Counted from the first letter of the stretch, positions 25,391 through 35,318 are shown. The stretch: DNA of 64,000 nucleotides from Smithella sp. M82 (GCA_001683985.1 MAEO01000227.1:4958-68957); one strand, 5' to 3'. Made by a program: numbers and translations. Notes: generated from the letters alone by a model not told the origin.

Positions 25391-26401
25391 TTGGTCGAGC
25401 AGGCGGAAAAAATTAACTTTACAATAAATAAAAGCCAGTGCGGGCAGAGGCTGGACATATATCTCGCGCAAAGCGAAGCCGCGCTTTCCCGTTCGCAGGT
25501 CAAATACGCTATTGAAGAAGGCGACGTGCTGGTCAACGACAAGGTCCCGAAAGTCGGTCAGCGCCTCAAAGAAGGCGATGTGATTATCCTGACCAAAAAA
25601 CCGCCGGTGGAGGCTAAAGCTGTCGCGCAGGAAATACCTCTGGATATCATTTACGAAGACGATGCCGTTATCGTCATTAATAAACCGGCGGGCATGGTTG
25701 TGCACCCCGCCCCGGGCAATCCTGAAAAAACGCTGGTCAATGCCCTGCTTTACCATTGCCATGATTTGTCGGGCATCGGCGGCGTTTTGCGCCCCGGTAT
25801 CGTGCACCGGCTGGATAAAGACACATCCGGTCTGATTGTAGCGGCAAAATCGGATGAAGCTCACCGGCATCTTTCAAAGCAGTTCGAAAAACATGATGTG
25901 CATAAAAAATATCTGGCGCTGGTCTGGGGAGATGTGAAAGGCAACCATGGAGAAATATTAGAGCCCGTAGGCAGGCATCCGGTCAACCGTAAGAAAATGT
26001 CCACGAAAAGCAGACACGGAAAAGACGCGCTTTCTCTATGGAAAGTACGTGAACGCTTTGGTGTGGTCACCCTTCTGGAAGTGGAAATCAAAACCGGTCG
26101 CACCCATCAGATTCGTGTGCATCTTTTATCCCGCGGTTATCCGGTTGTGGGCGATGCCGTTTACGGCAACTCTTCCCGAATCAAAGCTATTGCCGATACC
26201 GTGCTGAAAGCCAAACTCAAAGAATTCAACCGGCAGGCTCTGCACGCGGCACAGCTTTCTTTTATTCATCCGGTTAAAAATGAGCGGATGGTATTTACAG
26301 CGGACATACCGCAGGACATGACTGATTTGTGCGCTCAGCTACGAGTAAAAACTGCTCCAGCAAAAAAGAATGTCATTCCGAATCACGATGAATCGGGATG
26401 A
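25391..26401 (+). CDS. rluD: 23S rRNA pseudouridine synthase, RluA/RluD family
   Basis: TTG start with GGAG RBS, S4-like N-terminus, HRLDKDTSGL catalytic-Asp motif, GRTHQIRVH. The last ~9 codons plus the stop lie inside repeat 26371-26460. Confidence 0.85.
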   Translation: MVEQAEKINFTINKSQCGQRLDIYLAQSEAALSRSQVKYAIEEGDVLVNDKVPKVGQRLKEGDVIILTKKPPVEAKAVAQEIPLDIIYEDDAVIVINKPAGMVVHPAPGNPEKTLVNALLYHCHDLSGIGGVLRPGIVHRLDKDTSGLIVAAKSDEAHRHLSKQFEKHDVHKKYLALVWGDVKGNHGEILEPVGRHPVNRKKMSTKSRHGKDALSLWKVRERFGVVTLLEVEIKTGRTHQIRVHLLSRGYPVVGDAVYGNSSRIKAIADTVLKAKLKEFNRQALHAAQLSFIHPVKNERMVFTADIPQDMTDLCAQLRVKTAPAKKNVIPNHDESG

Positions 26402-26460
26402 GGAATCTTAGAACGCTAAATTCAAAAAAATCAAGATTTCTCGCTTCGCTTCGAAATGAC
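26371..26460. repeat. 90-bp MITE-like composite repeat (inverted copy of 18186-18275)
   Basis: Module B' is 26371-26410 and module A' is 26432-26460, 21 nt apart. Both are reverse complements of the modules at 18186-18275. Confidence 0.7.
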
Positions 26461-26531
26461 ATAAAATTAATTGCGATAAAGACTTTCAAGGATTATATTT
26501 TTATTAATTTATAATAAACTACAGTAAAAAA

Positions 26532-27386
26532 ATGTTTAAGCTCAACAAAAAACATTCTATCCGGTATTTTGAATCTTCACTTTTGAGTGAGTGTGATTTC
26601 TTAACTCATGCATTTTGCACGAGGCTGGGCGGTGTATCGGAAGACGATTACACGTCGCTGAATATCAGCTTCAAGGAAGGCGATTCGGAAGGCAAGGTTT
26701 TACAAAACTGGCATCGTCTGGCCATGGCTTTTTCCATACCGCTGGAACAATTTCTTACACTCAATCAGGCTCATGGTGACGATATTTTTGTCATAAAGCC
26801 TTACGGCGATTATTATTCTTCACGCGAACATCTTAACTATGACGCGATTGTTACCAACCGCACAAATCTGGCTATTTGCATCAAAACAGCCGACTGTGTT
26901 CCAATTTTTCTTGTTGATAGGATCAAGAAAGTAATTGCTGTGGTTCATGCCGGCTGGAGAAGCACCGCTCTGGGTATAACCGCCAAGGTAATACGTTTGC
27001 TTATCGATAAATATCATTGTTTACCGCGCGATATTCTGGCGGTAATCGGTCCGGCTATCGGCAAATGCTGTTTTGACCTGGACGCGGCGGCAGCTGATGA
27101 TTTCCGCAAGCAAAAAAACCATGATACTTTTATATTCCCCGGCAAACGACAAAATAAATACGCAATCGATCTGGCTGAAGCCAACCGCAGTCAAATTATG
27201 AACTGTGGAGTCCCCGAATCAAACATAGATGTTTCTGATTTTTGCACTTCCTGCCGTCAGGATTTATTTTTCTCGCATCGTGGTTCGGGCGGAATCACAG
27301 GCCGGCAGGTCAATTTTATGATAATTAAGGGAGATGTCCCCTGCCGCGTTCTAACCGTTGGCGATGAAATACAACATATTCAATAA
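26532..27386 (+). CDS. pgeF: YfiH/PgeF family protein (laccase-domain / peptidoglycan editing factor)
   Basis: 284-aa ORF. HAFCTRLGGVS, ADCVPI and VVHAGWR are typical of DUF152/YfiH. Confidence 0.8.
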   Translation: MFKLNKKHSIRYFESSLLSECDFLTHAFCTRLGGVSEDDYTSLNISFKEGDSEGKVLQNWHRLAMAFSIPLEQFLTLNQAHGDDIFVIKPYGDYYSSREHLNYDAIVTNRTNLAICIKTADCVPIFLVDRIKKVIAVVHAGWRSTALGITAKVIRLLIDKYHCLPRDILAVIGPAIGKCCFDLDAAAADDFRKQKNHDTFIFPGKRQNKYAIDLAEANRSQIMNCGVPESNIDVSDFCTSCRQDLFFSHRGSGGITGRQVNFMIIKGDVPCRVLTVGDEIQHIQ

Positions 27387-27397
27387 AAACATCGGTA

Positions 27398-27426
27398 TTG
27401 ACAGCATTTGTTTTCAGTATTAATTA
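27398..27426 (+). promoter_or_regulatory. sigma-70-like promoter candidate (TTGACA-17 nt-TAATTA) upstream of hldD
   Basis: TTGACA at 27398-27403, 17-nt spacer, TAATTA at 27421-27426. Confidence 0.35.
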
Positions 27427-27598
27427 AGATCAACGCCTTTAAAAAATGATTCCGTTTCTAAATTAATGATGATATCGCGGCAGCCAGGAGAAGGCGACAA
27501 GGCGTATTGTACATACGTTGAGGAAGCCGACGATCCCGACGCGTCGGGACCAACAAGGATAGCGCTTGATTTAGAAATGGAATATAAGGAGCAAAAAA

Positions 27599-28576
27599 AT
27601 GATTATCGTTACGGGTGGTGCCGGATTTATAGGAAGCGCTTTTGTCTGGAAACTTAATCAGGAAGGTATAAATGACATTGTAATAGTTGACCAACTGGGC
27701 ACGGGCGATAAATGGAAAAATCTGGTAAACTTAAAGTTTGAAGACTACATCCATAAAGATGTATTTTTTAATATGCTTTGTGATGATGCGCTCCCCTTTG
27801 AGGTAAACGCTATTATCCATATGGGAGCCTGTTCTTCAACAACCGAGCGTGACGCTGATTATCTCTGGAAAAATAATTTTCTCTATACAAGAACCCTGGC
27901 CGAATGGGCGCTCCCGCGAAATATCCGTTTTATATACGCCAGTTCCGCCGCAACATACGGAGACGGAAAACAGGGCTTTCCCGACGACCATACTAAAATA
28001 AAACTCCTCAAACCGATTAATATGTATGGTTATTCCAAACAACTATTTGATCTATGGGCGCTTCGCAATAACCTCGCAGAGAAAATGGCAGGGATAAAAT
28101 TTTTCAACGTTTTCGGCCCCAACGAATATCACAAAGGCGACATGGCCAGTGTTGTTTTTAAAGCGTTTCATCAAATAAAAGAAACCGGCAAAGTCAAACT
28201 TTTCAAATCCTATATCAAAGGATACAAAAATGGCGGCCAAATGCGTGATTTCGTTTATGTCAAGGATTGCGTCAATGTCATGTGGTGGCTTTTTAAAAAT
28301 CCCAGGGCCAACGGCATTTTTAATCTGGGCACAGGCAAAGCCCGAACATGGAATGATTTAATCAAGACCGTTTTTGCAGCAATGAAGAAAAAAACAAACA
28401 TCGAATATATTGAAATGCCGGAAGCCTTACGCAATCAGTATCAGTATTTTACGCAGGCGGAAATGAAAAAATTAAAAAGCGCCGGCTGTCCGATAAAATT
28501 TTCATCGCTGGAAGATTCCGTGTACGATTACGTAACAAAATATTTGCAGAAAACCGACACGCATTTGGGAATTTAA
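27599..28576 (+). CDS. hldD: ADP-L-glycero-D-manno-heptose 6-epimerase
   Basis: 325-aa ORF. MIIVTGGAGFIGS Rossmann fold, YGYSK catalytic motif, RDFVYVKD. Confidence 0.85.
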   Translation: MIIVTGGAGFIGSAFVWKLNQEGINDIVIVDQLGTGDKWKNLVNLKFEDYIHKDVFFNMLCDDALPFEVNAIIHMGACSSTTERDADYLWKNNFLYTRTLAEWALPRNIRFIYASSAATYGDGKQGFPDDHTKIKLLKPINMYGYSKQLFDLWALRNNLAEKMAGIKFFNVFGPNEYHKGDMASVVFKAFHQIKETGKVKLFKSYIKGYKNGGQMRDFVYVKDCVNVMWWLFKNPRANGIFNLGTGKARTWNDLIKTVFAAMKKKTNIEYIEMPEALRNQYQYFTQAEMKKLKSAGCPIKFSSLEDSVYDYVTKYLQKTDTHLGI

Positions 28577-28646
28577 TTTCCCTTAATGATTTTTATCCGT
28601 CGCACAACTGAACAATTTGTGATAAATTTATTCAAGGAATAAAAAA

Positions 28647-28958
28647 ATGAGACAAGACCTACTGGATAAAATCAAAGAGCAAAAATTAAAATATGCCGGC
28701 GAAGGGTTTATTATTCTCGGCGTTTTTGGATCTTTTGCGCGTGGCGAAGAAACTTCTGAAAGCGATCTCGATCTTTTATTTGAAATAGATGATGTATTTC
28801 TGGACAGGAATTCCGGCTGGAAAGCATGCGGACGTCTCGAAGATATTAAAAAAGAAATCAGCAGGGACCTCGGCAGGCATATTGATATGACCGATAGAGA
28901 TGCTCTCGATGACATAGGCAGAAGATTTATTTTGCCGGAGGTCGTCTATGTCGTATAA
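28647..28958 (+). CDS. mntA: MntA-type nucleotidyltransferase antitoxin (type VII TA)
   Basis: 103-aa ORF. GVFGSFARGEETSESDLDLLFE = the G-S-x9-12-D-x-D minimal nucleotidyltransferase motif. Overlaps the downstream HepT gene by 11 nt. Confidence 0.75.
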   Translation: MRQDLLDKIKEQKLKYAGEGFIILGVFGSFARGEETSESDLDLLFEIDDVFLDRNSGWKACGRLEDIKKEISRDLGRHIDMTDRDALDDIGRRFILPEVVYVV

Positions 28959-29307
28959 AGGGGATATCGTCCGCTTATATACAATAAGAAAATTCATTAC
29001 CGACATCGAAACAATCATAAACAATCACGAAACTGTCATAAAAGCGGTAGAAAACATGGAAGGCCAATACGCATTGATGCTTTGTATCGCACAGATCGGC
29101 GAACTGTTAAACAAAATAACAACTCCCGAACTGAAAGCAGATTTGCCGGTTAAGGATGCCGTGGCTTTCAGAAATGTAATTGTTCGCAACTATGAGCACA
29201 TCAATATTAAATTCACCGTAAGAACGTTAAAAGAAAGTATTCCCGAATTGAAAACAAAAATATCTTCTTTAATAAAGGACTACGAAGAGAAACAGATTAA
29301 ATCTTGA
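28948..29307 (+). CDS. hepT: HepT-like (DUF86/HEPN) toxin
   Basis: 119-aa ORF of DUF86 size and position downstream of the nucleotidyltransferase. The C-terminal region FRNVIVRNYEH resembles the RNxxxHxY HEPN motif, with Arg at the His position. Confidence 0.65.
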   Translation: MSYKGDIVRLYTIRKFITDIETIINNHETVIKAVENMEGQYALMLCIAQIGELLNKITTPELKADLPVKDAVAFRNVIVRNYEHINIKFTVRTLKESIPELKTKISSLIKDYEEKQIKS

Positions 29308-29364
29308 ATGTAATCGATTCTTCATTTTCAGGAACTGATAACCGGTTTTTTTATGGAATAGATA

Positions 29365-30111
29365 ATGAAAAGAAAAATTGTTTGTATCATCCCCTCTCGT
29401 TATGAATCCAGCAGGTTTCCGGGCAAACCTCTGGCCGACCTTTGCGGAAAGCCGATGATTCAACATGTCTATGAACGCGTAACCAAGGCTAAGGCCATAC
29501 CCTACGTGGCTGTGGCAACTGACGATCAGAGAATATTTGAAGCCGTAAAGAAATTCGGAGGCAACGCCATAATGACGGCAGCTACACATCGCTCCGGCAC
29601 AGATCGCATTGCTGAGGCAGTAAAGACACTGAATCTTCCCGCTGATGCAATTGTCGTCAACATTCAGGGAGATCAGCCTATTTTCGAACCGGCACATGTT
29701 GACGAAGTTATCCAACCGCTCATCGATGATCCGTCAATCAATATATCCACGCTGATTTATAAAATAATTATTGATGAAGAAATAACCCATCCTAATGCAG
29801 TTAAAGTAGTATTCGATCATCAGAATTTCGCCGTTTATTTTTCAAGAGCAACGATTCCTTACGTGCGGAATAAAAATCTTAAGGCCGACTATTATAAACA
29901 TCACGGCATTTACGCATATCGTCGTGACTTTCTCGATACTTTCACCAAGCTTCCCGAAGGCAAACTCGAAAAACTTGAAGCACTCGAACAGTTGCGTGCG
30001 CTGGAATACGGCTATAAAATCAAGGTCGTCATCACCCTCCACGATTCTGTAGAAGTAGATAATAAGCTGGAGTTGGAAAGAGTGCGCCGGATTCTTATGA
30101 CAAAAAAATGA
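29365..30111 (+). CDS. kdsB: 3-deoxy-manno-octulosonate cytidylyltransferase
   Basis: 248-aa ORF. IIPSRYESSRFPGKPL, SGTDR, VNIQGDQP. Confidence 0.9.
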   Translation: MKRKIVCIIPSRYESSRFPGKPLADLCGKPMIQHVYERVTKAKAIPYVAVATDDQRIFEAVKKFGGNAIMTAATHRSGTDRIAEAVKTLNLPADAIVVNIQGDQPIFEPAHVDEVIQPLIDDPSINISTLIYKIIIDEEITHPNAVKVVFDHQNFAVYFSRATIPYVRNKNLKADYYKHHGIYAYRRDFLDTFTKLPEGKLEKLEALEQLRALEYGYKIKVVITLHDSVEVDNKLELERVRRILMTKK

Positions 30112-31283
30112 AAACTATAAAAACAAAGAAACCCTTCAAGGCAATACTGACGTGTATTGTTTTTCTGCTAATAGCAGCCCTACCCTCAAATGCAGCTGAA
30201 ACTGAAGACGGTCTGGCAAAATGCGCCCGGATGAAGAATGACACTGAAAGACTTAGATGTTTTGATGAACCGGCAAAAAGGCAAATCCCTTTAAAAGAAT
30301 CTGTTATCCTGAAATCGCCTGAAGAAGAAACTCAAGAATTTGCAGCAGAGGAGAAAGAAATAGGCCGTCTGCCGGAAGCAGAAGAGAAATACTTCTCTGT
30401 TATGGAGAAACAATGGGATCTGAGAAGCGATAAACCCAAAGAAAGAAATATTTTTGTACTTTGGCCTTACCGTCCCTGTTTTTTTCTACCTCTGGCTTAT
30501 AATTCTTCACCTAATGACAGTACCCAGCTTGATGTTGATCCCAGAGCCAAGGCACAATACAACGAGGTAAAATTTCAGTTAAGCTTCAAATTTAAAATAT
30601 GGAGCGATATTATCAGAAGTGAAGAAATAAGAAAATTTGTTGAAAAAAATACAGGTATCAGAGGTATAGATGTCTGGTTAGCATATACACAGCAATCCTT
30701 TTGGCAACTCTATAATTCGGCATTTTCTGCTCCATTCAGAGATACAAACTATGAACCGGAGTTGCTTTTTAATTTCGATATGCAGCAAATAATTCCCGGC
30801 CTGATGGGAACAAAACTGCAATTTATAAACATTGGATTTAATCATCAATCCAACGGACGCGCCGAACCGCTTTCCCGCAGTTGGAACCGTATCGTTGCCA
30901 ATTTCGGACTTGAAAAAATTTTCGGTCCGGAAAAAAAAGACAATTTTGACCTGCTGTTAAAAACATGGTGGCGGCTTCCTGAAAACGATGAAGACGACGA
31001 CAATCCCGACCTCTCCTCATATATGGGATACGGCGAACTTTGGGGAACTCTCTACTGGAAAAATCAGCGGTTTGCCTTAATGCTGCGCAACAATTTACGG
31101 TCGGAGAATAAGGGAGCGGTTCAGCTGGACTGGAGCATCCCGCTATCATCGTTTAACGAAAGTCTCGCCAAGAAAATCAGCCTCTACGTACAGTACTTCA
31201 ACGGTTACGGAGAAAGCCTGCTCGATTATAACACCAGCATTAACCGGATAAGCGCTGGTTTGATGCTGGCAGACTGGAGATAA
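30108..31283 (+). CDS. pldA: outer-membrane phospholipase A (OMPLA)
   Basis: Signal peptide, YEPELLF, catalytic HQSNG followed by SRSWNR. ATGA overlap with kdsB. Confidence 0.8.
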   Translation: MKTIKTKKPFKAILTCIVFLLIAALPSNAAETEDGLAKCARMKNDTERLRCFDEPAKRQIPLKESVILKSPEEETQEFAAEEKEIGRLPEAEEKYFSVMEKQWDLRSDKPKERNIFVLWPYRPCFFLPLAYNSSPNDSTQLDVDPRAKAQYNEVKFQLSFKFKIWSDIIRSEEIRKFVEKNTGIRGIDVWLAYTQQSFWQLYNSAFSAPFRDTNYEPELLFNFDMQQIIPGLMGTKLQFINIGFNHQSNGRAEPLSRSWNRIVANFGLEKIFGPEKKDNFDLLLKTWWRLPENDEDDDNPDLSSYMGYGELWGTLYWKNQRFALMLRNNLRSENKGAVQLDWSIPLSSFNESLAKKISLYVQYFNGYGESLLDYNTSINRISAGLMLADWR

Positions 31284-31338
31284 TATTTATAAAAATGAGA
31301 AAAGAATACGATTTTTCAAAAGCTAAATAGAGAAACCG

Positions 31339-31383
31339 AATTGCCGGGTCATCAGGCATTCGCCTGATTTCTAACCCGGCAAT
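31339..31383. terminator. Nested hairpin between convergent pldA and ilvD (probable bidirectional terminator)
   Basis: The outer stem AATTGCCGGG/CCCGGCAAT encloses the inner stem ATCAGGC-attc-GCCTGAT. Confidence 0.45.
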
Positions 31384-31408
31384 GACAATTTATGCTTTTT
31401 GTGTCTGA

Positions 31409-33070
31409 TTAATCTTTAAATATCGCTCCCGTTGAGGAGGACGTTACTAACTTCGCATATCTCGCCAGATATCCCTTGGTAATTCTCGGTTTAAAAGGCT
31501 TTAAATCTTTCTTTCGTTTGGCCAATTCCTGAGCGCTGACTTTCAGGTTCAGTTTCTTGGCCGGGATATCAATGGAGATAATGTCTCCTTCTTTCACCAG
31601 CGCAATCGGACCGCCTTCTGCAGCTTCGGGCGAGATGTGGCCGATAGCCGCGCCCTGCGTGCCGCCGCTGAAACGTCCGTCCGTCAGAAGAGCGACGGTT
31701 TTATCCAAACCCATGCCAACAATCGCCGACGTGGGCAAGAGCATTTCTCTCATGCCCGGACCGCCCTTGGGTCCTTCGTAGCGGATAACCACAATGTCGC
31801 CGCCTTTGATTTTGCCGCCGAGAATCGCCTTGATGGCATCGTCTTCGCTGTCAAACACACGCGCTTTGCCGTCGTTTACCTGCATCGCCGGTGCGACCGC
31901 GGATTGCTTGACCACCGCTCCGTCCGGTGCGAAATTGCCGCGCAGAATCGCGATGCCACCCTGCTGTGAATAGGGATTTTTCAGCGGTCTAATAACATCG
32001 TTATCGAGAACTTTTGCATTTTTCAAATTGCTGCCGACATTTTTGCCGGTCACCGTCATTGCCTTTTCATCAATGACACCGAGCGCGCTGATGACTTTCA
32101 TCACCGCCTGAATACCGCCGGCCATATCCAAATCTTCAATGTGATGGAGACCTGCGGGACTGAGCTTGCAGATATTGGGCGTTTTCTCACTGATCTTATT
32201 AAAGAGATCCAAATCAAGTTTGATTCCCGCTTCGTGCGCAATGGCGGGAATATGCAACACCGTATTGGTGGAACAGCCCAGCGCCATATCCACGGCGATA
32301 GCGTTTTTAAAAGCGGCCAGAGTGGCAATGTCGCGTGGCCGGATATTGCGCTTGAGCAGATCCATGATTTTCATTCCGGCCTGTTTGGCCAGCCGGTGAC
32401 GAGCGGCCTGTATCGCGGGAATGGTTCCGTTGCCGGGCAGTCCCAGACCAATCGCTTCAGTCACACAGTTCATGGAGTTGGCCGTGTACATACCGGAACA
32501 GGAACCACAGCCGGGACAGGCGCAGTCTTCCAGTTCTTTGAGTCGGGCAGCGGTCATCTTTTTTACTTTGACGGCGCCGACGCCTTCAAAAACGCTGATG
32601 AGGTCAACGGCCTTCCCCTGAAGTTTTCCGGCCAGCATCGGTCCGCCGCTGATGAAGATAGACGGAATGTTCAAACGCAGAGCGGCCATGAGCATTCCGG
32701 GAATAATCTTGTCACAGTTAGGAATAAAAACCAGAGCGTCAAAAGGATGAGCCATGGCCATGATCTCGATGGAATCGGCAATCAGTTCGCGACTGGCCAG
32801 CGAAAATTTCATGCCTTCATGACCCATGGCGATGCCGTCACAAACGCCGATGACCGGAAATTCCACCGGCGTTCCTCCGGCCATGCGGACTCCCGCCTTG
32901 GCTGCCTGTGTAATCAAATCCAGATGAATGTGTCCGGGAATGATTTCATTGGCTGAATTGACCACGCCGACCAGCGGCCGGGCAAGTTCTTCATCCGTGT
33001 AGCCCATTGCCTTGAACAGCGAGCGATGCGGCGCACGCTCGAAACCTTTTTTCATGAGATCGCTTCGCAT
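31409..33070 (-). CDS. ilvD: dihydroxy-acid dehydratase
   Basis: 553-aa [33 protein letters not shown]. Confidence 0.95.
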   Translation of the reverse strand: MRSDLMKKGFERAPHRSLFKAMGYTDEELARPLVGVVNSANEIIPGHIHLDLITQAAKAGVRMAGGTPVEFPVIGVCDGIAMGHEGMKFSLASRELIADSIEIMAMAHPFDALVFIPNCDKIIPGMLMAALRLNIPSIFISGGPMLAGKLQGKAVDLISVFEGVGAVKVKKMTAARLKELEDCACPGCGSCSGMYTANSMNCVTEAIGLGLPGNGTIPAIQAARHRLAKQAGMKIMDLLKRNIRPRDIATLAAFKNAIAVDMALGCSTNTVLHIPAIAHEAGIKLDLDLFNKISEKTPNICKLSPAGLHHIEDLDMAGGIQAVMKVISALGVIDEKAMTVTGKNVGSNLKNAKVLDNDVIRPLKNPYSQQGGIAILRGNFAPDGAVVKQSAVAPAMQVNDGKARVFDSEDDAIKAILGGKIKGGDIVVIRYEGPKGGPGMREMLLPTSAIVGMGLDKTVALLTDGRFSGGTQGAAIGHISPEAAEGGPIALVKEGDIISIDIPAKKLNLKVSAQELAKRKKDLKPFKPRITKGYLARYAKLVTSSSTGAIFKD

Positions 33071-33165
33071 TGTTTTCTCTCCCTTTGTTAAAAATATTTA
33101 TAATGTCTCATTTTACTCCCCACAGGCAGGGAATAACAAAACTATTTTAATTCGTAATTTATGTC

Positions 33166-33220
33166 GTAGGGCGCGATTCCCAAGCGCGCCGTTTCGGACT
33201 GCTCGGGGAGCAGTCCCTAC
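33166..33220. repeat. 55-bp double-hairpin repeat closed by GTAGGG...CCCTAC
   Basis: GTAGG-GCGCG-attcccaa-GCGCGCC...GACTGCTC-ggg-GAGCAGTC-CCTAC. A near-identical copy lies at 35267-35318. Confidence 0.7.
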
Positions 33221-33348
33221 ATTATCTTTGGAAGGGATATCTTTTTCACTCTCACTTACCCTCTCCCCCGGCCTTCGCCGGTATGACAGATTACGTATGT
33301 ATGAATGACAAACATAAATATTTAAGGCTTAGTAAAAAGCTTCAGCTA

Positions 33349-33430
33349 CAAGGCGCGCAAGCCTTGAGGAAGCGCATCCGACATACGCCGGATACCCTCC
33401 GCAGATGCGAAGCCCGGCGCATGCCGGGGA
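33349..33430. repeat. 82-bp GC-rich hairpin repeat core (inverted relative to 19685-19766)
   Basis: See 19685-19766. In both loci the core is flanked on the same side by TTTTACAAAGCC (33433-33444 and 19778-19789). Confidence 0.7.
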
Positions 33431-33447
33431 CTTTTTACAAAGCCTTG

Positions 33448-34506
33448 TTACTTCTTCTTACGTCTTTCCGGTCTTAACTCGCGCACAGCAGCTCCCGCTT
33501 TCCACATTTCCGAATCACGCATTTCTTTAAGTTCGGCTTCCAGTTTAACTTTATAATCCGGAGCGCTATTGGCTGCCAATACTATGGCTGTTTCTTTACC
33601 GCTCGCAACTGATTTATAGAGTTTGGCAAAGACGGGCTCGACGGCCTTGCGGAAATTATGACGCCAGTCCAAAGCTCCGCGTTGAGCCGTGGTCGAGCAA
33701 TTGGCGTACATCCAGTCCATACCGTTCTCCGCAACCAGACGAATAAGACTCTGGGTTAATTCTTCGACAGTTTCATTGAATGCCTCGCTGGGGGTATGGC
33801 CGTGTTTGCGCAGCTCGTTGTATTGAGCTTCCATGATGCCCGCCAGCGCTCCCATAAGCACACCGCGTTCGCCGGTTAAATCACTGTAGACTTCCATCTG
33901 GAAAGTTGTCGGGAACAAAAATCCCGAACCGATAGCAATGCCCACAGCCAGAGTTCTCTCCAGGGCGCGACCGGTAAAATCCTGATGCACGGCATAGCTG
34001 GAATTAATCCCGCTGCCATCCAGAAAATTCCGGCGGACGCTCGTCCCCGAACCTTTGGGAGCAACCATGATGACATCCACAAATTTCGGCGGCACAACAC
34101 CAGTCTGCTTTTTATAAACAATAGAGAATCCGTGTGAAAAATAAAGGGCATCGCCTTTCTTAAGGTTGGCTTTAACTTTAGGCCAGAGAAGTTTTTGCGC
34201 GGCATCGGAAACCAGATATTGAATAATAGTTCCGCGCTTGACTGCTTCTTCAATGGGAAAAAGAGTTTTGCCTGGTATCCAGCCATCGGCAATAGCTTTC
34301 TTCCAATACTGTTTGTCTTCTTTTGCCTGTCCGATAATAACATTGATGCCATTATCTCTCATATTTGCAGCCTGTGCCGGTCCCTGCACTCCATAGCCCA
34401 GAACCGCTGCTACTTCATCTTTTAAAACTTTCTGCGCTTTTTTCAGCGGAAATTCTTTTTTTGTAACAACGTCTTCAATTACGCCACCAAAATTAATCTT
34501 TGCCAT
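33448..34506 (-). CDS. ilvC: ketol-acid reductoisomerase
   Basis: 352-aa ORF. GYGVQGPAQAANMRDNG NADP fold, class I KARI length and motifs. Confidence 0.95.
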   Translation of the reverse strand: MAKINFGGVIEDVVTKKEFPLKKAQKVLKDEVAAVLGYGVQGPAQAANMRDNGINVIIGQAKEDKQYWKKAIADGWIPGKTLFPIEEAVKRGTIIQYLVSDAAQKLLWPKVKANLKKGDALYFSHGFSIVYKKQTGVVPPKFVDVIMVAPKGSGTSVRRNFLDGSGINSSYAVHQDFTGRALERTLAVGIAIGSGFLFPTTFQMEVYSDLTGERGVLMGALAGIMEAQYNELRKHGHTPSEAFNETVEELTQSLIRLVAENGMDWMYANCSTTAQRGALDWRHNFRKAVEPVFAKLYKSVASGKETAIVLAANSAPDYKVKLEAELKEMRDSEMWKAGAAVRELRPERRKKK

Positions 34507-34555
34507 GATAACCCCCTAGTATATGTTAATAAAAAAATTTTTTTTAAAGTCACAA

Positions 34556-35056
34556 TTAATTTTCCAAATTTAAGGCTATAATTCCTGTTCTGGTTATATC
34601 GGCGATACCCAGCGGTTCCATGCGCGCCAGAGCAAAATCAATCTGTGACTGATCGCCGGTTATTTCCAGAATTATATATGTATCGGCTAAAGCTATTACT
34701 TTCCATTTATTAATGTCAACAGCTTTCTTTATCTGCTCTTTTTTGTCCGGTGTAAGATTAAGACGAACCATAATTAGCTCGCGGTGAATCGATTCCACAT
34801 TGGTCAAATCATCAACCTGAATAACATCAACGAGTCTCTGTAATTGATTTTCAATGCGGGTGATAATATCCTGAGTGCCTACGGTTGTCATTACTATCTT
34901 GGAAATTTCGTATTGCGTTGTCGTATTAACGCAGAGACTTTCAATGTTGTAACCCTTGCCGCCCAGAACCCCGGCGATTCTCGCCAGCACGTCCGGCTTG
35001 TTGTAAACAAGTATTGAAATTATATGTTCCTTTTTTTCCATCTTTAACCTCACCAT
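34556..35056 (-). CDS. ilvN: acetolactate synthase small (regulatory) subunit
   Basis: HIISILVYNKPDVLARIAGV ACT domain. The likely true start is MEKKEH at 35041. Confidence 0.85.
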   Translation of the reverse strand: MVRLKMEKKEHIISILVYNKPDVLARIAGVLGGKGYNIESLCVNTTTQYEISKIVMTTVGTQDIITRIENQLQRLVDVIQVDDLTNVESIHRELIMVRLNLTPDKKEQIKKAVDINKWKVIALADTYIILEITGDQSQIDFALARMEPLGIADITRTGIIALNLEN

Positions 35057-35266
35057 TATATTTATTTAAAACCTCTCCGCAACTTAGTCAAAAGTAAAAT
35101 GTAGCACGGATCTTCAGACCCGTTAAAGCGCAGCTAATAACCTGAAGGTCACGCGAGCTACGCGCTACGTGATTTTCTTTCATATGACTTCGTCAAAATA
35201 TACTAATTTTTTATTGTCCTCCGCAGGCGGAGGTTTAAGCGACTGTATTAATCCATAATTTTTGTT

Positions 35267-35318
35267 GTAGGGCGCGATTCCCAAGCGCGCCGCCGACTGC
35301 TCGGGGAGCAGTCCCTAC
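35267..35318. repeat. 52-bp double-hairpin repeat closed by GTAGGG...CCCTAC (copy of 33166-33220)
   Basis: GTAGGGCGCGATTCCCAAGCGCGCCGCCGACTGCTCGGGGAGCAGTCCCTAC. Same orientation, and both copies are followed by ATTATC. Confidence 0.7.

Noticed and set aside
32141-32956. 271-aa antisense ORF inside ilvD (and similar ones at 5960-6532, 24025-24555, 25289-25870, 39706-40242, 45122-45877 and 53141-53755)
   Set aside because: All lie opposite strongly conserved housekeeping genes (ACAD, selA, rluD, mrcA, gatB, smc). They have low-complexity or Gly/Arg/His-rich translations and lack start-site signals. I treat them as shadow ORFs.
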